Shown here in pieces: positions 8,408-17,794 of a DNA stretch of 41,497 nt. The DNA comes from a virus. Where the stretch lies: UHGV virus genome UHGV-0033333, one strand, 5' to 3'. Numbering within the stretch: the stretch's first letter is position 1; the number at the start of each line of letters is the position of its first letter. The position numbers were made by a program, and so were the translations under genes. The notes under the pieces were generated by a model. The model had not been told where the DNA came from. It did not search any database and saw only the letters and a list, made by a program, of their open reading frames with translations.

Positions 8408-8511
8408 AGAGGTTAAAACACTGGATATTTTATTCAAGAAGAAAACGCTGCAGACATTGCTGTCTGACATGCGGTTGCTGGGATATATGTGTGAAAGATG
8501 AAGGGGAATAG
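8401..8511 (+). CDS. 36-aa Cys-rich peptide (CRHCCLTCGCWDIC)
   Basis: AAAGGAG lies 10 nt before ATG 8401. Start overlaps the previous gene's stop. Confidence 0.25.
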   Translation: MLERLKHWIFYSRRKRCRHCCLTCGCWDICVKDEGE

Positions 8512-8513
8512 CC

Positions 8514-8696
8514 ATGACATATAAAAACAGTGAAGGTTATCCGGATCCGACACAGGGGAAGGCCATCAGGGCAGCAGGACATATGCCTACACATATTTAC
8601 AACGCATTCACGGTCCTGAACAACACTGCAGGTCTTCTGGGACTGGAGATTACCGGAATCCGGGACAAGAAAACAAAGAAGGAATGGAAACGATAA
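8514..8696 (+). CDS. Hypothetical 60-aa protein
   Basis: RBS GAAGGGG precedes ATG 8514. Confidence 0.4.
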   Translation: MTYKNSEGYPDPTQGKAIRAAGHMPTHIYNAFTVLNNTAGLLGLEITGIRDKKTKKEWKR

Positions 8697-8714
8697 GAAT
8701 GACCAGGAAGGGAG

Positions 8715-9155
8715 ATGATACCAGTGGATCAGAAGGAAAACATTCAGGAAGAAAATGAAAAGAAAAAAGAATATCTCAGATCATATAGAAGATCGGTAAA
8801 AAGAGAGAAACAGATTCTGGCTGAGATTCAGAGATTACGTCAGGATAAGATGTTCCCTTCTATGGTCAATGATGGAATGCCACATGGTGGCAGCCAAACT
8901 GATTTATCAGATTACATAGTTGCTCTGGAACAACAGATTGAAGCACTCAAAAAAGAAAGACTGAGCAAAATAACTCATTACGGTGAAGTTGAAGAAAAGA
9001 TTAAAAAGATGAAGAATGAAGAAGAACAGATGGTTTTAAGGCTCAGATACATAAGAGGGTTAAAGTGGGAAGAGGTAGCACTGGAAATGGGATATGGCTG
9101 GACGCATATTCACAGGATACATGCATCTGCATTGAGAAATTTTAAGATGGAATAG
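8715..9155 (+). CDS. ArpU/RinA-like late-gene transcriptional activator (sigma-70 region-4-like HTH)
   Basis: C-terminal LRLRYIRGLKWEEVALEMGYGWTHIHRIHASALRNF. Position just upstream of the packaging module. Confidence 0.5.
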   Translation: MIPVDQKENIQEENEKKKEYLRSYRRSVKREKQILAEIQRLRQDKMFPSMVNDGMPHGGSQTDLSDYIVALEQQIEALKKERLSKITHYGEVEEKIKKMKNEEEQMVLRLRYIRGLKWEEVALEMGYGWTHIHRIHASALRNFKME

Positions 9156-9243
9156 AATGGTATACTGTGAGTATGATATTATTACGATGAACGAAATGGA
9201 TAAACCCATGCGTTTTCATTTTTTATAATAATCTCCTTAAGCA

Positions 9244-9275
9244 AAAAGACATCTGAAAAGAAGGTGTCTTTTTGT
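9244..9275 (+). terminator. Stem-loop plus T-run (AAAGACAtctgaaaagaaggTGTCTTTTTG)
   Basis: 7-bp stem followed by TTTTT, downstream of the regulator gene. Confidence 0.4.
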
Positions 9276-9287
9276 ATATAAAAACAC

Positions 9288-9316
9288 TTGACATATGGTA
9301 CACCATATGCTATTAT
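9288..9316 (+). promoter_or_regulatory. Consensus sigma-A promoter TTGACA-17-TATTAT with embedded palindrome CATATGGtacaCCATATG (9292-9309)
   Basis: Exact hexamers and spacing read from sequence. The 7-bp inverted repeat in the spacer is a likely regulator site. Confidence 0.5.
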
Positions 9317-9341
9317 ATATACATAAGGAGGTGAGATACAG

Positions 9342-9473
9342 ATGAGTAACAGAAACCGGAAACACCCGGAAAACAAAAAGCCCGATATCGACTGGAAGAG
9401 CTGGCTACTCGGAGCGATAACGGACTTGAGTATCGGAATCATCTTATTGATTCTCGATAAGCTATTAAATTAG
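9342..9473 (+). CDS. 43-aa membrane peptide (MSNRNRKHPENKKPDIDWKSWLLGAITDLSIGIILLILDKLLN)
   Basis: RBS AAGGAGGTG lies 8 nt before ATG. Basic N-terminus plus one TM helix. Followed by stem-loop GAGAGGGGCgaaaGCCCTTCTC (9475-9500). Confidence 0.4.
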   Translation: MSNRNRKHPENKKPDIDWKSWLLGAITDLSIGIILLILDKLLN

Positions 9474-9621
9474 CTGAGAGGGGCGAAAGCCCTTCTCTTA
9501 AACCAAATATAACACAATTGCTCATCTGTGTAAAGTATGCTGTGGAAACTGGGAATATTCTTCATTGCAATCGGACTGGCAAAGCTGGTATATTATCTTA
9601 TTCAGAAACGGAGGGATAACA

Positions 9622-9831
9622 ATGCCGACAGGTAAGCCGAAACCGCAGACAGTAGCATCACAGAAATACCAGGCAAAGGCTGGCTGGATATCGAAGAGCT
9701 ACAAGTTGAAGAAAGAGGTTGTGGAGGCTTATGCTGAAGCCTGCGAGGCAGCAGGAGTCAGCCAGGCAGGACAACTGATGAAGATGATGAAAGAGTTCGC
9801 AGACAATGTGAACAAAGAGCACTCGGAATAA
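9622..9831 (+). CDS. Hypothetical 69-aa protein
   Basis: RBS GGAGGGA precedes ATG 9622 (MPTGKPKPQTVASQKYQAKAGW...). Confidence 0.4.
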   Translation: MPTGKPKPQTVASQKYQAKAGWISKSYKLKKEVVEAYAEACEAAGVSQAGQLMKMMKEFADNVNKEHSE

Positions 9832-9867
9832 CCGGGTGCTTTTTGTATGCCTAAAGGAATGAAATAA

Positions 9868-10173
9868 ATGGATACAGAGACATTGAGTTGGATACAGCAG
9901 TTAATCAGAGACGATAACTTACATGAGTTCTACACATCGCCAGTCTGGCGAAGACTGCAGGCCAGGATTCTGAAAGATAATCATTATGAATGTGAGCGTT
10001 GCAGGAAAAAAGGCCTTGTGGTCAGGGCACGGACAGTGCATCACAGGAAATATCTGAGAAATTATCCGGAATTGGCATTAGATGTTGATAATCTCGAACC
10101 AATCTGTGAACGGTGTCATTACGATGAACATCACAGGAAAAAACCTGGATTCATGAACGAAGAACGGTGGTAG
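9868..10173 (+). CDS. HNH endonuclease (packaging-associated)
   Basis: CERC...HHRKYL...N...CERCH motif, immediately upstream of terS/terL. Confidence 0.8.
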   Translation: MDTETLSWIQQLIRDDNLHEFYTSPVWRRLQARILKDNHYECERCRKKGLVVRARTVHHRKYLRNYPELALDVDNLEPICERCHYDEHHRKKPGFMNEERW

Positions 10174-10282
10174 CCCCCCGGGTAAAAAATACGAAAAAAC
10201 TCTGGGGAACGTGTGACCGGTGAGGGGGTCGCATCCGGAGAAATTCTGAAAAATTCTGAGAAAGTTGAAAGAAGGTGGTAAA

Positions 10283-10603
10283 ATGGCACGTCCAATGAGC
10301 AAAGAAAAGAAGAGAGAAAAAACAGAAGAAAGCCTGAAAAATGCACTGTTACAAAGAAAAATGTCTGACAAATATCTGACGGACAAAGTGGAAGAGTACA
10401 TGTCATTTTACGACGATTTATCGTATATAAATCAAACCCTTATTGATCTTAAACGGAATGAAAACTGCACTCTAAAAACTTATACAGATGCAACAGCAGA
10501 GAAAAGACGTATCTCATCAGAAATGCGCAGCATATTGACTTTCCTGGGACTAAAACCGGAGGATGTGGAACCACCAGGCGGTGAGGAAGATGAAACATTA
10601 TAG
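10283..10603 (+). CDS. Terminase small subunit, P27 family
   Basis: About 106 aa with a basic N-terminus (MARPMSKEKKREKTEESLKNALLQRKMSDKYLTDKVEEYMSFY); overlaps terL. Confidence 0.6.
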   Translation: MARPMSKEKKREKTEESLKNALLQRKMSDKYLTDKVEEYMSFYDDLSYINQTLIDLKRNENCTLKTYTDATAEKRRISSEMRSILTFLGLKPEDVEPPGGEEDETL

Positions 10604-12248
10604 TCCTTATATAGACCCGTATATAAGAATGATAAAAAACAATGAAGTAGAACATTGTGAGTATCAGGATCTTATGATCGACAATATTGTGATTCCGGTT
10701 TTGGACAGGAAAGATGTTGTTATTGATGATGAAAGAATAGAGAAAGGATTATCATTGCAGAAATATTTCCCATACAGACTTATTGAGTGGGAGATATTTT
10801 TATTTGCTTTGATCGTAGGTGTAAAAACACAGGACGGCGATATTTATTTTAATGATATACGTGTTATGGTAGGCAGAGGAAGCGGTAAAAATGGTTTTAT
10901 TTCGTTTCTCTGCTTTTATTTTATGTCACCTTATCATGGAATCAGGGGATACAATATTGACCTGATGGCCAACGCTGAAGATCAGGCAAAAACTTCGTTC
11001 AAAGATGTGTATGAAGTTATCACAGATCCTGTGGACCTGAAATACAAAAATGTACTTAAAAAGAATTACCATGCCACAAAAGAACTGATAACTGGGAAAA
11101 TCACAAAATCTGAACTTCGATTTAATACATCATCGAAAAGAGGAAAGGACAGCAAAAGAACAGGCTGCATTATTTTTGATGAAAAACATGAATATACAGA
11201 TGTTCAGAATATGAACACACTGCAGTCCGGCCTTGGAAAAGTCTGGCATGGAAGGATTATAACGATCACAACAGACGGACATATCCGGGGTGCTGTTCTG
11301 GATCAGGAAAAAGAACAGAACCGGGCAATCCTGAAAGAATATAATCCTATGAACAGAACTCTGGTTTTCTGGTGCCGGATTGAAGATGAAAAGGAATGGA
11401 ATCAGATAGATAAACTTGTGAAGGCGATTCCAAGTCTGAATGATTTTCCGAGCCTGCGGAGCACCATACAGAAAGAAATTATAGACATGCCTTATAAGAT
11501 GGATTATTTTCCGGAATATATGGCGAAAAGGTGTAACTTTCCAATCGGCAACAAAGAGGTAGAAGTTGCTTCATGGGAAGATATCCTTGCTACAGATCAG
11601 GAAATGATTGATCTGGAAGGAAAGAATTGTGTTGGAGGAATCGATTATGCCAAAACAAACGATTTTGTTGTTGCCGGACTTACGTTTCACGTGGACGGAA
11701 AAATCTACCACAGGCAGCATACATTTATCTGTGCCAGATCGAGGGACTTAGGTGGCATTAAAGCGCCGCTGAGAGAATGGGAAGCCAAAGGTGATGTGGA
11801 ATTTGTTGAAGACGTGGAGATACCGCCGGAGCTGATAGCAGAGTGGTTTGAAAAGCAGGGTCAGAAATATAATATCCTGAAAATCGGAATAGATAATTAT
11901 CGCTATTCTTTGATGAATTCAGCACTGAAAAAAGTTGGCTTTGATGCATTTGAACAAAAGAATGTGTATCTGGTACGACCATCAGACATCATGAAAGCGG
12001 CTCCGATCATCAATCATGCATTTGTTACGCACACTGTTGTGTTTGGAGATACACCCATTATGCGATGGTACACAAATAATACTAAAAAACAGACAGATGC
12101 CAAAGGAAATATAACATATGGGAAAATAGAACCAAATTACAGAAAGACAGACGGCTTTATGGAGTTTGTCTGCACAGTGGTCCTTCTGGAAGAGATTCCG
12201 GAAGAAACTGATTATTCCGGAATAAATTTTGATGTATACAGTTATTAG
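10590..12248 (+). CDS. Terminase large subunit (Terminase_1/HK97-type)
   Basis: Walker A-like VGRGSGKNGF and a nuclease C-terminal half; 552 aa. Confidence 0.85.
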   Translation: MKHYSPYIDPYIRMIKNNEVEHCEYQDLMIDNIVIPVLDRKDVVIDDERIEKGLSLQKYFPYRLIEWEIFLFALIVGVKTQDGDIYFNDIRVMVGRGSGKNGFISFLCFYFMSPYHGIRGYNIDLMANAEDQAKTSFKDVYEVITDPVDLKYKNVLKKNYHATKELITGKITKSELRFNTSSKRGKDSKRTGCIIFDEKHEYTDVQNMNTLQSGLGKVWHGRIITITTDGHIRGAVLDQEKEQNRAILKEYNPMNRTLVFWCRIEDEKEWNQIDKLVKAIPSLNDFPSLRSTIQKEIIDMPYKMDYFPEYMAKRCNFPIGNKEVEVASWEDILATDQEMIDLEGKNCVGGIDYAKTNDFVVAGLTFHVDGKIYHRQHTFICARSRDLGGIKAPLREWEAKGDVEFVEDVEIPPELIAEWFEKQGQKYNILKIGIDNYRYSLMNSALKKVGFDAFEQKNVYLVRPSDIMKAAPIINHAFVTHTVVFGDTPIMRWYTNNTKKQTDAKGNITYGKIEPNYRKTDGFMEFVCTVVLLEEIPEETDYSGINFDVYSY

Positions 12249-12263
12249 GAGGGAGGTGTAAAA

Positions 12264-13481
12264 ATGGGATTTTGGAAATGGCTTCAGGGGAAAACACTTG
12301 GAAACAAAAGTGTAGAAGTATCAGCTGAAACGATTGAGAAATATGTTGATCAGGAAAAACTGGCCAATCTGGTAGCAGAAGAACTTACAATCCATTCTGC
12401 AATCAATCTTATTGCGAACAGTATTTCAAAATGTGAATTTCGAACTTTGCAAAACTGGAAAGAATACCAGGGAGAAGAGTATTATGCCTGGAACTATGAA
12501 CCAAACAAAAACCAGAACTCCAGTCAGTTTCTTCAGGAACTTGTGGCGACCCTCCTGTATCGGAATGAATGTCTGGTTGTAGATGCTGGAGGACAGCTGA
12601 TCATTGCAGAAAGCTTTACAAAAGAAGAATATGCAATGAGAGAAACCGTATTCAGCAATGTATACCGTAAAGGATTGACATTCAATCGGATATTTCAGAT
12701 GTCGGAGGTTTTGTATTTTCGATTAAACAATAAAAATATCCGGCAGCTGTTGACAAACCTGTGCAATGGGTACAATGAGCTTCTGAGTGAAGCAGTGGAC
12801 AAATATGAAAAAGCCGGTGGAGAAAAAGGAACATTGCATATCGATGCACAGGCAAGAGGTGCAAAATATGGCAGCAAGTCCTTTGAAGAAGTGTATGAAG
12901 ACCTGATGAATAACAGGTTCAATAAATTTTTTAACAGCAGGAGCGCCGTTCTGCCATTATTTAATGGTTTTACATATACGAAACAGGCAGCAGAACAAAG
13001 CAAAAAGTCAACATCTGAAATGAAAGATATCACAGATGTACTTGATGAAATTGTGATAACAGTTGCCAGAGCATTTAATATTCCGGCTGCGTTACTGAAA
13101 GGTGATGTGTCCGAAATAGATAAAGTTACAAAAAATTTCCTTACCTTCTGTGTGGATCCAATCTGCGAAATGCTTCAGACAGAGATCAACAGGAAAAGGT
13201 ATGGAAAAACAGAAATCCAGAAAGGCAATCAGATCCGGATAAACACTACAACTGTTATGCATACAGATGTGTTTGAAATAGCAGAGAAAATTGACAAGCT
13301 GATCGCCAGTGGAATGTATTGCATTGATGAACTTCGCAGGAAACTTGGTGAAACGGAGTTAAATACTGAAGAAAGCAGGAAACACTGGATGACGAAAAAC
13401 TATGAAGACATGACAGCAGTACAGAAACTCTGGAACCGGGAAAAAGTCTTGTTGTTACCGGAGGGAGGTGAAGGAGAATGA
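12264..13481 (+). CDS. Portal protein (HK97 family)
   Basis: HSAINLIANSISK motif; size and position fit. Confidence 0.8.
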   Translation: MGFWKWLQGKTLGNKSVEVSAETIEKYVDQEKLANLVAEELTIHSAINLIANSISKCEFRTLQNWKEYQGEEYYAWNYEPNKNQNSSQFLQELVATLLYRNECLVVDAGGQLIIAESFTKEEYAMRETVFSNVYRKGLTFNRIFQMSEVLYFRLNNKNIRQLLTNLCNGYNELLSEAVDKYEKAGGEKGTLHIDAQARGAKYGSKSFEEVYEDLMNNRFNKFFNSRSAVLPLFNGFTYTKQAAEQSKKSTSEMKDITDVLDEIVITVARAFNIPAALLKGDVSEIDKVTKNFLTFCVDPICEMLQTEINRKRYGKTEIQKGNQIRINTTTVMHTDVFEIAEKIDKLIASGMYCIDELRRKLGETELNTEESRKHWMTKNYEDMTAVQKLWNREKVLLLPEGGEGE

Positions 13482-14272
13482 AGAACAAAACAAAGTACAG
13501 ATTTGAACAGATGGCAGGGCAGGATATTTATAAACTTTATGTTTATGATGATGTCACTGCATATGGTGATTTTAACTGGAACACGTGGGAATATGATGAA
13601 TCAGAAACCAGTGCAAAATACTTCAGAGATCAGCTGGAGGCAATTCCGGAAAATGGAACGATCGAACTGCATGTAAACAGCAATGGTGGTTCTGTGAAAG
13701 AAGGAGTTGCAATCTATAATCTCCTGAAGCAGCATAAGGCCGAAAAAGTATGTTATGTTGACGGCTTTGCTTATTCTATTGCCAGTGTGATCTGCATGGC
13801 CTGTGATAAAATCGTTATGGGAACAGGCACAAGCATGTTGATCCATAATATGTCCATGTCCGTATATGGAGATGCGAAGATGCTTCGCAAATGCGCAGAT
13901 GACCTGGACGTGCTCATGGAAGCAAACAGAAAGATTTACATGGAACGTGCCAAAAATCTTACGGAAGAACAGCTGATTGAAATGATGGATGCAGAGACAT
14001 TTCTGACACCTGAACAGTGTATGGAGTATGGCTTCTGTGATGAGATAGGAACTGAAACGCCTGACCAGACACAGATCACACAGCAGAACCTGGCTATGAT
14101 CCAGCAGTTACAACAGCAGTTAAGGGAATATCAGTCATTCCGTCAGGAAATGAAACAGTTTGTGCCGGAACCTGCGAATCCGGAACCGAAGAAACCAGAA
14201 ACCAAAGAAAACAAAGTACTCAAAATGATGGGCGCTTTTTTTAATGCAGTAGAAAGGATGGAAAAAGAATGA
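13478..14272 (+). CDS. ClpP-like prohead protease (S14)
   Basis: HVNSNGGSV...GFAYSIASVICMACDK...LIHNMS. Confidence 0.8.
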   Translation: MKNKTKYRFEQMAGQDIYKLYVYDDVTAYGDFNWNTWEYDESETSAKYFRDQLEAIPENGTIELHVNSNGGSVKEGVAIYNLLKQHKAEKVCYVDGFAYSIASVICMACDKIVMGTGTSMLIHNMSMSVYGDAKMLRKCADDLDVLMEANRKIYMERAKNLTEEQLIEMMDAETFLTPEQCMEYGFCDEIGTETPDQTQITQQNLAMIQQLQQQLREYQSFRQEMKQFVPEPANPEPKKPETKENKVLKMMGAFFNAVERMEKE

Positions 14273-15483
14273 AAAACAAAGACCTTTTAAAACAGGAAAA
14301 CATGGAACTCATGCAGGCTTTATCAGAGGCGCTGAAAAACGATGATGATGAGGCTATGGCTGATGCGTTTACGCAGTTTGCAAATGGCGTGCAGGAACGT
14401 ATTATGGAAGAATATGGAGATCTCCGTGAGAGCAGAGACTCCACAATTCTGGCAGCTAGAGGAATCCGCCAGTTGACCAGCGAAGAAAAAGAATTTTATC
14501 AGGCGTGGATTGACGCTTCAAAGTCAGCCAATCCAAAACAGGCGCTGATCGACATCAACAAAGCAATGCCGGAAACCATCATTGATACGGTTATTGATGA
14601 TATGAGGGAAAGCCACCCACTCCTGGACAACATTGATTTTATCAATTGCCAGGGAACAGTAAAGATGATCGTCAATGCAGATAACATTGATCTGGCTACA
14701 TGGAGTGCACTAAATTCTGCAATTGCTACAGAACTTGCAGGCAAGATTGATACACTCAACATGACCATGGCAAAACTGAGTGCATTTATTCCGGTGTCCA
14801 AAGATATGCTGGCACTTGGACCGGTATGGCTGGATAATTATGTGCGTATTATCCTGTCTGAAGCATCAGCGGGAGGTCTGGAAAAAGCAATCCTGAAAGG
14901 CACAGGTAAAGATCAGCCAATCGGTATGTGTAAAAATCTTGATGGAGCAGTAACATTAGGTGTATATCCGGACAAGGATAAAGTAAAACTTACTTCTCTG
15001 GATCCGGAAGAGTACTGTAGAGTTGTAGCACCTCTTGCAAAGAAACCAGATGCTGTAGGAGGATACAGAACGGTTCCGGAAGTGCTTCTGGTGGTGAATC
15101 CGGTAGATTATATTAAAAAAGTACTCCCGTCTTCTACAGTAAGAGCAGCAGACGGCACGTACAAAAATAATGTGTTCCCATATCCTACAAAAGTGGTCCA
15201 GTCTGCTGTCCTGGACGAAAATGAAGCAATCATGGGAATTGCGAAGAAGTATTTCATGGGAATCGGTGCCGGTTCTTCTGGAAGGATCGAATATTCTGAT
15301 GAATACCAGTTCCTGGAAGATAACCGTGTGTATATTACAAAGATGTATGGCATGGGAAGACCGAAAGACAACAACGCTTTCCAGTACCTTGATATCTCAA
15401 AACTGAAACCGCTTCCACTGAAAGTAGAAGTAACCAACACAGAAGAGAATCCTGTGAATACAAAAGCAAAAGCTTCCTCATGA
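14269..15483 (+). CDS. Major capsid protein (HK97 fold)
   Basis: 404 aa directly after the protease gene. Confidence 0.75.
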   Translation: MKNKDLLKQENMELMQALSEALKNDDDEAMADAFTQFANGVQERIMEEYGDLRESRDSTILAARGIRQLTSEEKEFYQAWIDASKSANPKQALIDINKAMPETIIDTVIDDMRESHPLLDNIDFINCQGTVKMIVNADNIDLATWSALNSAIATELAGKIDTLNMTMAKLSAFIPVSKDMLALGPVWLDNYVRIILSEASAGGLEKAILKGTGKDQPIGMCKNLDGAVTLGVYPDKDKVKLTSLDPEEYCRVVAPLAKKPDAVGGYRTVPEVLLVVNPVDYIKKVLPSSTVRAADGTYKNNVFPYPTKVVQSAVLDENEAIMGIAKKYFMGIGAGSSGRIEYSDEYQFLEDNRVYITKMYGMGRPKDNNAFQYLDISKLKPLPLKVEVTNTEENPVNTKAKASS

Positions 15484-15494
15484 GGTAACAGCTT

Positions 15495-15797
15495 ATGAAA
15501 GCAGAAGAACTTTTAAGTGATATCCGGAATTATCTGGATATCACTTATGAAGATCTGGATACAGATAAAAAATTACTGGGGATTATATCCAGAGGAATGG
15601 ATTATCTGGATTCTACAGCCGGGACCGGACAGGATTATTCAAAAGAAATGCTTCCGCGTGCGCTGCTTATGGATTACTGCAGATACGCCAGGAATAATGT
15701 TCTGGAACTCTTTGAAGAAAGCTTCAGGTCAGAACTGCTGACTTTAAGGATTGGGGCGCAGACAGACGACTATGCAAAAGAACACGATTACATTTGA
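15495..15797 (+). CDS. Head-tail connector (gp6-like)
   Basis: 100 aa; position after the capsid gene. Confidence 0.55.
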   Translation: MKAEELLSDIRNYLDITYEDLDTDKKLLGIISRGMDYLDSTAGTGQDYSKEMLPRALLMDYCRYARNNVLELFEESFRSELLTLRIGAQTDDYAKEHDYI

Positions 15798-16116
15798 AAA
15801 GTTTAATGATGGGATAGTTGCAATACATGAGATTGATGATGATGGAAATGCCGGAAACTGTAAAGAAAAAATCCGCTTTTCAGAAAAAACAGTAGGCTAT
15901 AACCGTTATTATGAGGCAATGACTGCAAAAGTTCAGATTGATAAGCTGATCAGAGTGCCGCTTCAGAGATGGCTGACAACAGAATATCTTGCAGTGATCG
16001 GGGCTGATGTTTTTGAAATTCATCAGGTACAGACGATTATGGACTCATTTCCAAAAGCAACAGCTTTGTCACTGCATCTTGCAAGACAAAGGAGAATAGC
16101 AGATGGCGAGCTTTGA
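15772..16116 (+). CDS. Head closure protein (SPP1 gp16-like)
   Basis: Position; first ATG at 15772 (track start 15751 is TTG). Confidence 0.45.
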   Translation: MQKNTITFEKFNDGIVAIHEIDDDGNAGNCKEKIRFSEKTVGYNRYYEAMTAKVQIDKLIRVPLQRWLTTEYLAVIGADVFEIHQVQTIMDSFPKATALSLHLARQRRIADGEL

Positions 16117-16504
16117 AGTAAGCGGATTTGATGAATTACTGACAACTCTGGAACGTCTGGGTAAATTTGATGAAGTTGCCCCAAAGATGATGGAAGCCGG
16201 AATGGAAAAACTCCAGAAAGAGGTAGTGAGTGCTGCTGAAGAACATAAAGATACAGGCGCCATGGCACAGTCTATAAAACCTACAGGTGTGGAAGCGGGT
16301 TATAGCGGTGGGTATTATATGTGTACCCGCCCAACCGGTAAAGATAAAAAAGGCGTCCGAAATATGGCAAAACTTTGCTATCTGGAATTTGGAGTAAAGG
16401 GCAGGGCAGCTACACCGATCATTACCAAAGCTGTAAGCCGCGCAGAACCCCAGGTAGTCCGGGCAATGAAAGAAGTATTTGAAAACGAGGTGAGCCAGAT
16501 GTGA
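16103..16504 (+). CDS. HK97 gp10-family head-tail joining protein
   Basis: 133 aa; position. Confidence 0.5.
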   Translation: MASFEVSGFDELLTTLERLGKFDEVAPKMMEAGMEKLQKEVVSAAEEHKDTGAMAQSIKPTGVEAGYSGGYYMCTRPTGKDKKGVRNMAKLCYLEFGVKGRAATPIITKAVSRAEPQVVRAMKEVFENEVSQM

Positions 16505-16842
16505 GATCTGATGAGAAACTGGAACGGGCTCTCATACCGGCAGGTTTGCCTGTAAGGTATTATGAATATGCCGGGACAAAAGAAACTTATATTGTCTATA
16601 ACGAAGAATATGAAAATCCGGCTGATTTTGGCGATAATCAGTCTTTGGGGTATGTTACCTGGTGGCAGGTGCATATTTTTGCACCAAAGAATTCGGAATT
16701 TCGCCAATATAAGGAAAAGATTACAGAGTCTTTGAAAAAACAGGGATTTACAGTAACGGATATCAGAACGTTATATGAAAAAGAAACAAAAACCATTCAT
16801 GTGGTGATTTACTGCCACACAGAAGAAAGTGAGGAAGAATAA
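16501..16842 (+). CDS. Tail completion protein-like
   Basis: GTGA overlap with the previous gene; position before the major tail gene. Confidence 0.4.
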   Translation: MRSDEKLERALIPAGLPVRYYEYAGTKETYIVYNEEYENPADFGDNQSLGYVTWWQVHIFAPKNSEFRQYKEKITESLKKQGFTVTDIRTLYEKETKTIHVVIYCHTEESEEE

Positions 16843-16843
16843 A

Positions 16844-17404
16844 ATGGCAAAAAAAGGAATTGAGTATGTAGTATTTGGAAAGCTTCAGAATGATGGGTCT
16901 TATAAAGATGGAAAAAGACTGAGTCCGGCAGCTGCTTTTAACGGAACTCCAACAAAGTCTAATGTAAAAGATTACGGAGATAACCGTGTAACAGAAACAG
17001 ATAACTCTGTCACCGGTGGAACGCTCTCTGTAGAGCTTAACAATGATGAAGATGAGATTTATACATATCTTCTGGGAAGCAAACAGTCAGGAGAAGGAGA
17101 AGAAATCATCAGCAATGTAAATGATGAAGCTCCTTTTGTCGGTGTTGGCGCAATTGGGAAGAGCGGTTCAAAATATGTTGCAAAATTCTACAACAAAGTA
17201 CAGTTCTCTGAACCAAATGATGAGAATGCGACAAAACAGGAAAATACCACATTCAATCATGTTACTTTGGAAGGTGAAATTATTGTTCCGGAAAGTGGAG
17301 AATGGAGACGTAGAAAAACTTTTGAAACACTTGCAGAAGCGAAAACATATCTTAATAAGATTGTAGGAATTACAGACCAGTCATCACCAAGTATAGGAGG
17401 CTGA
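16844..17404 (+). CDS. Major tail protein
   Basis: RBS GAGGAAGAATAAA precedes ATG 16844. 186 aa, immediately before the chaperone/TMP genes. Confidence 0.6.
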   Translation: MAKKGIEYVVFGKLQNDGSYKDGKRLSPAAAFNGTPTKSNVKDYGDNRVTETDNSVTGGTLSVELNNDEDEIYTYLLGSKQSGEGEEIISNVNDEAPFVGVGAIGKSGSKYVAKFYNKVQFSEPNDENATKQENTTFNHVTLEGEIIVPESGEWRRRKTFETLAEAKTYLNKIVGITDQSSPSIGG

Positions 17405-17407
17405 TAA

Positions 17408-17794
17408 ATGAGCGATCTCAGACCAAGGGGAATACCGGTAGTTCTGGATGGCATAGAACGCCGGTTTCTTTTTACATTAAACACCATTGATTCAATTCAG
17501 AGCGAAACTGGAAAAAACATGCATGAGGTTATGACAGATCTGGCCGACGATGATATGTCAAATAAAACTCTCAAATATCTTGTTACGGTTCTTCTTAATG
17601 ATGAAACGGAAAGAGAAAAAAGAAAGAACCCGGATACTTCTCTTAAATCGGTGACAGAACAGGAAGTTGGAGATCTGATCGGAATGGATAATCTTGTTGA
17701 AGTGACCAGTGCGGTGCTGACTGCATATGGTTACTCACTTCCAAAAACGGAAGAAGATGACCCAAACCAGGAGAGCGGGCAGCAGAGCAACTGA
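17408..17794 (+). CDS. Tail assembly chaperone (gpG-like), acidic C-terminus
   Basis: Position upstream of the tape measure gene; ends EEDDPNQESGQQSN. Confidence 0.6.
   Translation: MSDLRPRGIPVVLDGIERRFLFTLNTIDSIQSETGKNMHEVMTDLADDDMSNKTLKYLVTVLLNDETEREKRKNPDTSLKSVTEQEVGDLIGMDNLVEVTSAVLTAYGYSLPKTEEDDPNQESGQQSN

Noticed and set aside
9182-9442. 86-aa minus-strand ORF in the regulator-to-HNH gap
   Set aside because: The same DNA carries a consensus + strand promoter, a strong RBS and a 43-aa peptide ORF. The minus ORF is low-complexity with no start context.
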